A DNA stretch of 64,000 bases from an uncultured virus (IMG/VR IMGVR_UViG_3300044641_006529). Lineage: Duplodnaviria; Heunggongvirae; Uroviricota; Caudoviricetes. Location of the stretch: IMG/VR virus record IMGVR_UViG_3300044641_006529, one strand, 5' to 3'. The position numbers were made by a program, and so were the translations under genes. Below, piece by piece: positions 56,649 to 64,000 of the stretch (its first letter is position 1; each line of letters begins with the position of its first letter). The notes below the pieces were generated by a model. The model ran no database searches. It was not told the DNA's origin and saw only the letters and a program-made list of their open reading frames with translations.

Positions 56649-59600
56649 ATGGCAGCATTAACTTGGACGGGTGCAGTAGATAATAATTATAGCAATGGCG
56701 GTAATTGGATTGGCGGTACTGGAGGCGCACCATTAAATAATGATACAATTACGTTTAGCGGGTCTGTTGATTGTAATTTAGGAACAAACAGAACCATTGG
56801 TGGGGTTACATTTACTGGATACACGGGAACATTAATATTTGGCACGTTTAACCTACTTGTAAATGGAAATTTAACCCTACAATCATCGGCTATTAATACT
56901 TCGGGTACTGGTTTGCTAATTATCGGCACTACTTCAACAATTACTCCAAACGGTGGCAGTTGGTCGGGCAACCTTCAATTAGGCAGCGCAACGTCAATAA
57001 CTATTTCTTTGGCTGGTGGTTTTAGCGTCACACAAACACTATCATTTTCATCCACCGTATCATTAGCGGGAACAACATCGAGTTTTAATCTAACAGCAAA
57101 CGGCAACGTGGTTGCTAATGGTGGTTGTATTGTTTCAACTACGGTTTCAAATCCCATAACGCTTGTATTTGCTGGTGCTACAACCCAATGGTCGGGAACG
57201 GGTAGATTAGGCTGTAATGTTCAGTTTTTAAATCCAGCAGCCAATTTTACAGTCAGCAGTACGGTTGAATTTGGGTCTATTGTAAGCGGCTCTCAACCAC
57301 CGCAACTTCAAGCTATTTCAGCAGCATCAATAACAACGTCAGCCTCAACATTAAATATTATTGGTAATTGCTCGTTATCCACACAATCAGTTATTTGGAA
57401 TAATGTTGTCTTTATAAACACAGTTAATCCTTTCCAAGTATTTTGTGGTGAAACATTAAAAATTGGTGGTTCTTTGACAAATAATACTTCCGTTATTCTC
57501 GCAAAGTCAGGCCCAACTATTACCTTACAATTAAACGGCAGTTTAATAAATAATAGTTTGATAAACACCCCCTTTGGAGTAACGTTCAAGATTGAGGTTT
57601 TGGGTAATGCTTCAACGCCATCAGAATTATTTACGAATAACCCATCTCCATTTGGTCAACTCTATGTAAATTGCGACATTGATATAGTTGCTGGCGCAAA
57701 TACAATTGTATTATCAAATTCAATCAATGGTTTGAGCGGGCTTACAAATATATTTACCTTTGGAAACCCAAGCCTTATTGGTGGAAGCACAAGCCCACGT
57801 TTTAGATATGTTTCGGGCAACTTTACAACAAGTGGCAGAACTATTTATTTACAAGGTTGTACCCTTGAAATGAATGGGTACTCATTGGGTGATGTGGGTA
57901 TAGTGCCTACGCAAGCGCAAGGTCTTGGCAATGATTTTTACACCATAAATCTTGTAGGAAATACATCAATTTCGGGTTCGTTAATAACGGGTGTAAAAAA
58001 TTATTCGGGTGGCGGCATTATAAATAGCACTACGGGTACTAATCTTGACATTGGAGGCTCTTTAACTGCTGGATTTACTCAAATAAATCAAATAGGAGGC
58101 AATACTATTTTACGAATGGTGGGGTCGGGTACGCTTGGCGGTAGTTCTTATACTTGGAGCAACGTTACGCTACAATCGGGAAACTACACCATAACCAATT
58201 TTAAATATGGTAATCCTTATGTAAGCGGTATTTATGTAGGTATTTTACCAACATTTCTATATGTTGGCGGTGCAATTACTTGGAATGGAACACTATCAAT
58301 AACAAGAGCAATTTTGGATTTAGGCGCACAAGTGCTGAATAATTTAACAATAGCTACAAGTAATAGTAGTAATAGTGGTTTTGCATATTTTATTAGAATT
58401 AAAGGCAGTATTTTAAATGTAAATGGCAATTTTAATATTGGCGATGCTGCTAATCAATATGGCTTTTTTGAACTAAATGCCGACCCATTAACTCCAACGG
58501 CAAGACTTGATGTTTTTGGCAATGTTACTTTGGTTGGAACTATTGGGTTTAGCGGTATTAATGGCACAAGCCGTATTTATATGCGAGGAACTGGCACATT
58601 GTCGGGGGGTACATTTGCTGGCAATGGTGGATTTGGTGTTGATGTTTTTATACAAGGCGTTGCAATTACAATTGGCAATGTTACATTTACTCCACAAGCT
58701 GGTAAACGGTTAGAATACATAAGCACTTCGTCCTCATTTAATACTTCGACTGGGCTTATATCAATATCCAACACATTAACTATTAAATCATTGGGTCAAA
58801 ATTTCGGTGATGTTTTATTGGCGGGAAATATAATACTTGAAGATAATTTGACGTTGAGCGACTTTACAACGGATAGTTTAGCCAACGCACAAAGACTTAT
58901 AAGCGGAACTGGATTAACCTTAACCATTAGGCGAAACTTAACTTTAAATAATAGTGGTGGGGTTTTAACAACTTCGGGTGTTACTCCTATATCCAAAATA
59001 GTTTTGGACGCTTCTGAAACGGGTACTGGTACTTGGAGCGCAACAAATCAGCCAATAACAACAATAGACGTTGACCTAAATGCGCCTACACGAACAATTA
59101 ATGTAACTGGCACGGTTGGTTTTAATGGTGGTGCTGCGCCACAAAAAACTCTAAAATGGTTTAGCGGAACAACTATTTCAGCAGCGGGTAGTACACTTAC
59201 AACAAATGGCGGGTTTTTCGATTTAGGAAATCAAGCGTGGGGTTCATTTGTTGTAGGTGGTGGTACGTCAATAAGTTTAATATCAGATGCTAATTTTACT
59301 AATGTAACCGTTGGTTCTGCCAACACTACTACTACATTTAATGGGGTGAGTTCGGCAAAGGTGTTAACGATTAATGGAAATTATACATTTAATGGCTCAA
59401 ACCATTTAACTGGAGTTGTCCCCGTAAGTATATTATATAATGGCAATGGCACTTGGACATCAAGCGGATTAACGGTATTAGATATTACGCTTGCAGCGGG
59501 AACACGTACATTAAGCGGAACAATTTCTTGGGGCGGTAATAAAACATTCATTGCAACGGGGGGTACATTAGCATCGGCTGGTTCTACGTTTAGTGTAGTC

Positions 59601-60371
59601 GGCAGCAATACAATTACGGTTGACAGAGTAACGATTGGCAGCTTTAACAATGTAACAACATCGGCTAACACAACAACCACATTAAATGCTCAAATGGGCA
59701 TATTGGGAACGTTGGCTTTAAGCAATACGGCAGCAAATGTAACAACATTTGCGTCAAGTTCGACTTTTGGATGGAACGCTGTTAATTTTACTCACGGTGG
59801 GGGCGATACAATTTGCATACTAAACGCTGGTTCTACTTATAATGTAAGCGGTACGTTTACGCTTTTGGGAACATCAAATACGGTTAGGGCAACTTTGCGT
59901 TCAAGTAAACTTTCAAGTTTTACTGGTACGGCAAATGGTACAACATTAACATTAGCTACGCCTCCGAGCGGAACGCCTATTGAACCAAATATGGTTTTAA
60001 GCCAAGCATCGGGTGTCGCCCCACTTTCGTCTTTTGGAGCAATGCTTCCTAACAGACCTATAATTCAAAGTGGTGCTGGATTAAGTTGGGTTCTTGACCC
60101 AGCGTTTCCCGTTCCAGCTTCAACTGGTTCAATACCTATGGAGGCTGGTATAAAAGCTAACTTTAACCTTGCTGCTGGTACTGGAAATGCGCTTGTGTTA
60201 AATGCCACTACCAAAGACATTAATTCGATTGGTGGGCAAACTATCTATGCTTTCCAAACCTATTTGGATACCCCAACAAATCCACAAGCGAATTTATTCA
60301 GAACAATTAACTGGAACTCATTGCTACCACCATCTTCACCGATTGGAGTAGGATTTTTAAGCGTAACATAA
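56649..60371 (+). CDS. Large G/S/T/N-rich beta-helix-like adhesin/spike
   Basis: 1240 aa; N-terminal WTGA..N.SN..NW; repetitive beta-solenoid pattern. Confidence 0.7.
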   Translation: MAALTWTGAVDNNYSNGGNWIGGTGGAPLNNDTITFSGSVDCNLGTNRTIGGVTFTGYTGTLIFGTFNLLVNGNLTLQSSAINTSGTGLLIIGTTSTITPNGGSWSGNLQLGSATSITISLAGGFSVTQTLSFSSTVSLAGTTSSFNLTANGNVVANGGCIVSTTVSNPITLVFAGATTQWSGTGRLGCNVQFLNPAANFTVSSTVEFGSIVSGSQPPQLQAISAASITTSASTLNIIGNCSLSTQSVIWNNVVFINTVNPFQVFCGETLKIGGSLTNNTSVILAKSGPTITLQLNGSLINNSLINTPFGVTFKIEVLGNASTPSELFTNNPSPFGQLYVNCDIDIVAGANTIVLSNSINGLSGLTNIFTFGNPSLIGGSTSPRFRYVSGNFTTSGRTIYLQGCTLEMNGYSLGDVGIVPTQAQGLGNDFYTINLVGNTSISGSLITGVKNYSGGGIINSTTGTNLDIGGSLTAGFTQINQIGGNTILRMVGSGTLGGSSYTWSNVTLQSGNYTITNFKYGNPYVSGIYVGILPTFLYVGGAITWNGTLSITRAILDLGAQVLNNLTIATSNSSNSGFAYFIRIKGSILNVNGNFNIGDAANQYGFFELNADPLTPTARLDVFGNVTLVGTIGFSGINGTSRIYMRGTGTLSGGTFAGNGGFGVDVFIQGVAITIGNVTFTPQAGKRLEYISTSSSFNTSTGLISISNTLTIKSLGQNFGDVLLAGNIILEDNLTLSDFTTDSLANAQRLISGTGLTLTIRRNLTLNNSGGVLTTSGVTPISKIVLDASETGTGTWSATNQPITTIDVDLNAPTRTINVTGTVGFNGGAAPQKTLKWFSGTTISAAGSTLTTNGGFFDLGNQAWGSFVVGGGTSISLISDANFTNVTVGSANTTTTFNGVSSAKVLTINGNYTFNGSNHLTGVVPVSILYNGNGTWTSSGLTVLDITLAAGTRTLSGTISWGGNKTFIATGGTLASAGSTFSVVGSNTITVDRVTIGSFNNVTTSANTTTTLNAQMGILGTLALSNTAANVTTFASSSTFGWNAVNFTHGGGDTICILNAGSTYNVSGTFTLLGTSNTVRATLRSSKLSSFTGTANGTTLTLATPPSGTPIEPNMVLSQASGVAPLSSFGAMLPNRPIIQSGAGLSWVLDPAFPVPASTGSIPMEAGIKANFNLAAGTGNALVLNATTKDINSIGGQTIYAFQTYLDTPTNPQANLFRTINWNSLLPPSSPIGVGFLSVT

Positions 60372-60382
60372 TTTCTTTCAAT

Positions 60383-60532
60383 ATGAACAAAACGGTCAAA
60401 ATAGCAACAATATTAATAGGCGTAGGACTTGCGGGTTTTGTGGGCTACAAAATCTATAATTACTATCGCTTTCGTTCGGGAAACCCAATTAAAGACAATC
60501 GTAAAATTGATATAGTAACCGATAAGAAATGA
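60383..60532 (+). CDS. Small membrane protein (49 aa), below the ORF-track cutoff
   Basis: MNKTVKIATILIGVGLAGFVGYKIY...; ATGA overlap with the next gene. Confidence 0.7.
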   Translation: MNKTVKIATILIGVGLAGFVGYKIYNYYRFRSGNPIKDNRKIDIVTDKK

Positions 60533-61023
60533 AAAAAAAAATTACAACTCCGATAATTCTCGGTGTTGCTACATTTATTGTAGTAGCTGGGATTTTTGTT
60601 TATTCTCAAATAAACAAGCTGAAAAACTTTACGCTTAAATTTCATAAGATAAAGAACTTTAAGGCTTCGTTGAGCGCAATAACTTTTGACCTTTATATGA
60701 AGTTTACAAATAACTCTGATATTCAAATAGCTTTGGTCGAACAAAACTATAAGATATATCTTAATGGTACATTTGTAACAAACCTAAGTTCAAAGGACAA
60801 ACAAGTGATTGCGCCAAAAGGGGATTCAATTTTAAAGGTGGGTGTTAATATTACCGCTGCACGTTTGGGTACACTATTAGGTTCAATGTCTGTGCAAGAG
60901 TTGGGCAAAATCAAGCAACAAAAACTGCGTATTGATAGCGAAATTAAATATGACCGTAATGGCAAAACACTATCATTCAGCACAAGTTCAGAAGATACAA
61001 TTCAAAAATGGATTGAGGAATAA
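60529..61023 (+). CDS. Membrane-anchored LEA_2/WHy-like protein
   Basis: N-terminal TM; FTNNSDI..YKIYLNG..IAPKG pattern. Confidence 0.65.
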   Translation: MKKKITTPIILGVATFIVVAGIFVYSQINKLKNFTLKFHKIKNFKASLSAITFDLYMKFTNNSDIQIALVEQNYKIYLNGTFVTNLSSKDKQVIAPKGDSILKVGVNITAARLGTLLGSMSVQELGKIKQQKLRIDSEIKYDRNGKTLSFSTSSEDTIQKWIEE

Positions 61024-61058
61024 TTGAATTATATTTGTACTCATAAAATCAAATCAGT

Positions 61059-61301
61059 ATGAATATGTTTAGCAACCTTATGGGCGGTCTTATTGACAAA
61101 GAACAGATTACCCACGATACAATCCAAACTACTCTTGAAAACATTGCAGAAGAACTAAACTGCAACTGGAACGAGTTTTTTGTAATGATTAAGCCTACCG
61201 ACAACGAGTTTGAAATGAAGTTTTACATTTACCAACAAGCTACTGGCGAAGCACCAAAGTTTGTTCGTGAAATTTCGCTCAAAGAGATATTGGGTGGATA
61301 A
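61059..61301 (+). CDS. Hypothetical protein
   Basis: Preceded by TATATTTG at 61030. Confidence 0.7.
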   Translation: MNMFSNLMGGLIDKEQITHDTIQTTLENIAEELNCNWNEFFVMIKPTDNEFEMKFYIYQQATGEAPKFVREISLKEILGG

Positions 61302-61309
61302 ATAATTTA

Positions 61310-62023
61310 ATGCTTATGAGTTTACTTGCAGACTTTTTTTCGACCATTTTAGCTGGGGAATCAAAAACTTATAACGACCATAATTGGTACATTACTGGAA
61401 GTAAACTAAAGGGCTACATTCAAGGTGGCTTTGGAACGCCCTATTCATTACTGGGCAATAAGCCTTTAAGCGAACACACCATTGGTGAAGTTATGCAATT
61501 TCAATCAAGGGGAAGGGATGCTACGGGTCAATTGTGGGCTACGGGTAGGTATCAAATTATACCCACAACTTTTAAAGGGTTAGTTTCTGATTTGAAGCTA
61601 AAAACCACCGATAAGTATGACAAAGCAACCCAAGATAAAATGGGATTGCGCTTGCTTACGGAAAGAACCAACTTGCGTAACTATTTAACATCAGCCGTTC
61701 CCGACACTACACAAAATCTTGAAAAAGCTGCTTTATCGGTTGCTATGATATGGAGTTCGGTTGGAGTGCCATATCAAGTTCAAGGCAAATATGGAACGGT
61801 TCAAAAAAACCAGTCGTATTATTCGGGCGGTGGTGATAGGGCAAGTATTACAACCGAAAAGGTGCAAGAAAAACTAAAGGCGTTAAGAAATAATTGGTTA
61901 GCAGCAACAACGGAAACGATTGTTGAAAAAAAAAAATTAGTTGGTGCGTTCGCTTTTTTGCTTGTATTAGCATCGGGCTGGGTCGCATATCGTCTTTATA
62001 TAAAAAAACCTATAATTCCGTAG
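61310..62023 (+). CDS. Lysozyme-fold muralytic enzyme with C-terminal TM anchor
   Basis: AGES..YN, TIGEV, ATGRYQIIPTT and TQD motifs; TM helix after EKKK. Confidence 0.8.
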   Translation: MLMSLLADFFSTILAGESKTYNDHNWYITGSKLKGYIQGGFGTPYSLLGNKPLSEHTIGEVMQFQSRGRDATGQLWATGRYQIIPTTFKGLVSDLKLKTTDKYDKATQDKMGLRLLTERTNLRNYLTSAVPDTTQNLEKAALSVAMIWSSVGVPYQVQGKYGTVQKNQSYYSGGGDRASITTEKVQEKLKALRNNWLAATTETIVEKKKLVGAFAFLLVLASGWVAYRLYIKKPIIP

Positions 62024-62026
62024 AAT

Positions 62027-62647
62027 ATGACATCACCTAAACTTGTTGATTTAATACATTCACTAAAAAATAAAGATTATGTGGTTTTTGAAGAACCGTA
62101 TAAATTAAATATTGTAGGCATACGCTCGGCTGATGCAAAACAAAATTCATTCGATGATTTAATTTGTGTTTTTTATAAAGACGACAACAATAAGTGGGAG
62201 TACAATTGTTATGCAGCAACCACCGACCCAGGCACATATTTTCTTAACAACCCTATGAGCGGTCTTGGTACAGCCGCTTTAAAAGAGGGGCAATATATAG
62301 ATGCTTATGCACAAGGGTTGCACAAAGGTCAGTATAAAGCACTTGTTCAAGCTGAACCAGTTACAACATATCGTGACCCCGATAGAAATTCCATATTTGA
62401 TTTTAACAGCAAAACAACAACTGGCAAGTATGGTATAAATATTCATAAAGCTGGTGCTAATAGCGAAGTAGTAAATAACTGGAGTGCTGGTTGCCAAGTT
62501 TTTAAACGCTCAAATGACTTTGCTGATTTTTTAAAATTAACCGACACACACCGACAAAAGTATGGTAACAAATTCACCTACACTTTGCTTGACGAACGAG
62601 CGGACTTAAAAAAAAAAGAAGATACCTCTTGTACGCATCTCTCTTAG
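62027..62647 (+). CDS. L,D-transpeptidase-like (His/Cys) putative lysin; a -1 frame extension to 62736 adds a TM anchor
   Basis: NIVGIR, FDD, TTDPG and GINIH..WSAGCQV motifs. Confidence 0.7.
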   Translation: MTSPKLVDLIHSLKNKDYVVFEEPYKLNIVGIRSADAKQNSFDDLICVFYKDDNNKWEYNCYAATTDPGTYFLNNPMSGLGTAALKEGQYIDAYAQGLHKGQYKALVQAEPVTTYRDPDRNSIFDFNSKTTTGKYGINIHKAGANSEVVNNWSAGCQVFKRSNDFADFLKLTDTHRQKYGNKFTYTLLDERADLKKKEDTSCTHLS

Positions 62648-62738
62648 TTCTCGCTGGTGGGGTATTTGTTTATTGGAAAGGCTATTTCAAAGAGTATTTA
62701 AAAACGCCAAAACAACTAATTAACAATTTAAAGTAAAA

Positions 62739-63179
62739 ATGATTATTAGCGGAAAAGTAAAAAGTAATGGTAATGATTTGCTAATTGGTGCGATAGTTTA
62801 CGAATCGTCCGAAGCGGGTGCGCCTATCAATAATGTTGCAACAACGACAAGTGTTGATGGAAACTACACGCTCAATACAAAAGCAGCCAATAGCTATCTT
62901 ACGGCAAAGCTAATAGGATATTCAGCTAAAACTATAAAAGCAGAAAATCCAAGTATTAATTTCGTATTACAGCCTACTACACAAACATTGGGTACGGTGG
63001 AAATATTTGCGGATGCACCAAAGCCCCCCGAACCGCCAAAGCCTCAACCACCACCACCCAAAATAAGCTGGTGGGATAAAAACAGCCTTTACGTTTATTT
63101 GGGTGCTGGGGCATTAGCAACAATAATTATTGCAGCAATCATAACCTCGCAAATTAGTAAACCAGTTAAAGGTGCATAA
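62739..63179 (+). CDS. CarboxypepD_reg/SusC N-terminal-extension-like domain with Pro linker and C-terminal TM
   Basis: ISGKV..LIGA.V..TTT..DGNYTL..LIGY..INFVL..LGTVEI. Confidence 0.75.
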   Translation: MIISGKVKSNGNDLLIGAIVYESSEAGAPINNVATTTSVDGNYTLNTKAANSYLTAKLIGYSAKTIKAENPSINFVLQPTTQTLGTVEIFADAPKPPEPPKPQPPPPKISWWDKNSLYVYLGAGALATIIIAAIITSQISKPVKGA

Positions 63180-63185
63180 ACCTCC

Positions 63186-63211
63186 AAAGCAGCCAATCGG
63201 TTGCTTTTTTT
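63186..63211 (+). terminator. Terminator between convergent genes
   Basis: AAAGCAGCC-AATC-GGTTGCTTT followed by a T-run. Confidence 0.7.
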
Positions 63212-63878
63212 ATTTTGGTAGCGTTGCTAAACCAAAGCCAAGTAAAAACCCGAAGCCAATTTTTGCCCCAGCCGTTTCATACCAACGTTTCTTTTTCATC
63301 AAATAAATATTGTCGAAATTGGTAAGTTGAACGTTGGGGTTGTCTATTTTTAATCGTACAACTTGATGTGACTTCCCTAAAAACCTTCCTCTCCATCCAT
63401 TTACCAGCGTATCCCCCACAGCATAGGTAAAATTAGCTTTCGTAATGAACGAATCTATTTGAATGGCATTTTTTGTAATAGTTCCACCGACTGAATACCA
63501 TTTGTCTGTTTTGTAAAATGACTGAGGCACGGACAAACACGAATCACCACAATTGTTTTCGTTGGTTTGCGCTAAAGGTATTTCGGTTTTTGTTACAATT
63601 TTAGTTTGCACTTTAACTATTTCTTTAGGCTTACGCATTTCCAGTTCTTTGATAATTTGTGCATAATTATCTTTTATACCATTAGCGGTGCTAAGTTTGT
63701 AACGCAAACTAACCAATTGACTTGAATCAGCTTCACGTCTTATTATGTATTTATTGTTTTCCGACTGGGCAGCGGTCAGTTCTCTTTCGATTTGCGACAC
63801 GTAACTGGCTTCATTGATAGCAAATAGTGTAAGTGCTGTAATAACAGCGGCTATAAGTAGCATTTTAACCTTTTCCAT
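63210..63878 (-). CDS. Membrane-anchored coiled-coil protein, possibly spanin-like
   Basis: N-terminal TM, coiled coil and hydrophobic C-terminus (KKRWYE..IGFGFLLGF); next to the lysins. Confidence 0.55.
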   Translation of the reverse strand: MEKVKMLLIAAVITALTLFAINEASYVSQIERELTAAQSENNKYIIRREADSSQLVSLRYKLSTANGIKDNYAQIIKELEMRKPKEIVKVQTKIVTKTEIPLAQTNENNCGDSCLSVPQSFYKTDKWYSVGGTITKNAIQIDSFITKANFTYAVGDTLVNGWRGRFLGKSHQVVRLKIDNPNVQLTNFDNIYLMKKKRWYETAGAKIGFGFLLGFGLATLPK

Positions 63879-63999
63879 AGTTTATTTTTTTTAGTAGTTT
63901 ATTCCAACACGTTTTAAAATTGTTAGAGTTTCTTAGTTTTTCTTTCAAAACCACTTTAGCTGTTTCTATTGGCATTTCGTAATCGCCAACATATTCTGC
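63865..63999 (-). CDS. 3' end of a gene running in from beyond the window
   Basis: Open frame from the window edge to a TAA overlapping the next start region. Confidence 0.4.
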   Translation of the reverse strand, partial: AEYVGDYEMPIETAKVVLKEKLRNSNNFKTCWNKLLKKINYGKG

Positions 64000-64000
64000 A

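Noticed and set aside
54275..59680. Many short minus-strand and alternate-frame ORFs here and across the window
   Set aside because: They are shadows of long, low-complexity + strand genes and show no motifs or independent signals.
1..64000. tRNA/rRNA genes, integrase or att sites, IS elements, alternative genetic code
   Set aside because: None recognised by eye; genes tile tightly under the standard code with TAA, TAG and TGA all used as stops. tRNAscan-SE would be needed to exclude tRNAs formally.

Overview
The whole window reads as part of one bacteriophage genome of at least 64 kb. It is AT-rich, densely coding and almost entirely on the + strand. The host is very probably a Bacteroidota bacterium: TAnnTTTG promoters precede many operons, leaders are A/T-rich without Shine-Dalgarno motifs, and one gene carries a SusC-type domain. 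Gene order: membrane-anchored envelope hydrolases (0.3-1.9 kb); replication/recombination (2-13 kb: minimal PolB-palm-like protein, SSB-like proteins, DnaB, RecE/RecT, methyltransferases, RusA); two lytic transglycosylase paralogues; large polyvalent cargo/effector proteins and a MoxR/CobS-type ATPase (14-32 kb); an FtsK/HerA (A32/P9-like) ATPase and glycosyltransferases (35-40 kb); a virion module (40-63 kb). The virion module holds a candidate single-jelly-roll capsid protein and a paralogue, about 25 small membrane-anchored proteins genome-wide, Arg-rich core-like proteins, an HExxH protease, spikes/adhesins and lysins. I recognise no terminase, portal, HK97 capsid or tail genes. Best hypothesis: an unusually large tailless, internal-membrane phage whose virion and cargo proteins are matured at short recurrent motifs. 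All family names come from motifs recognised by eye, with no database search.
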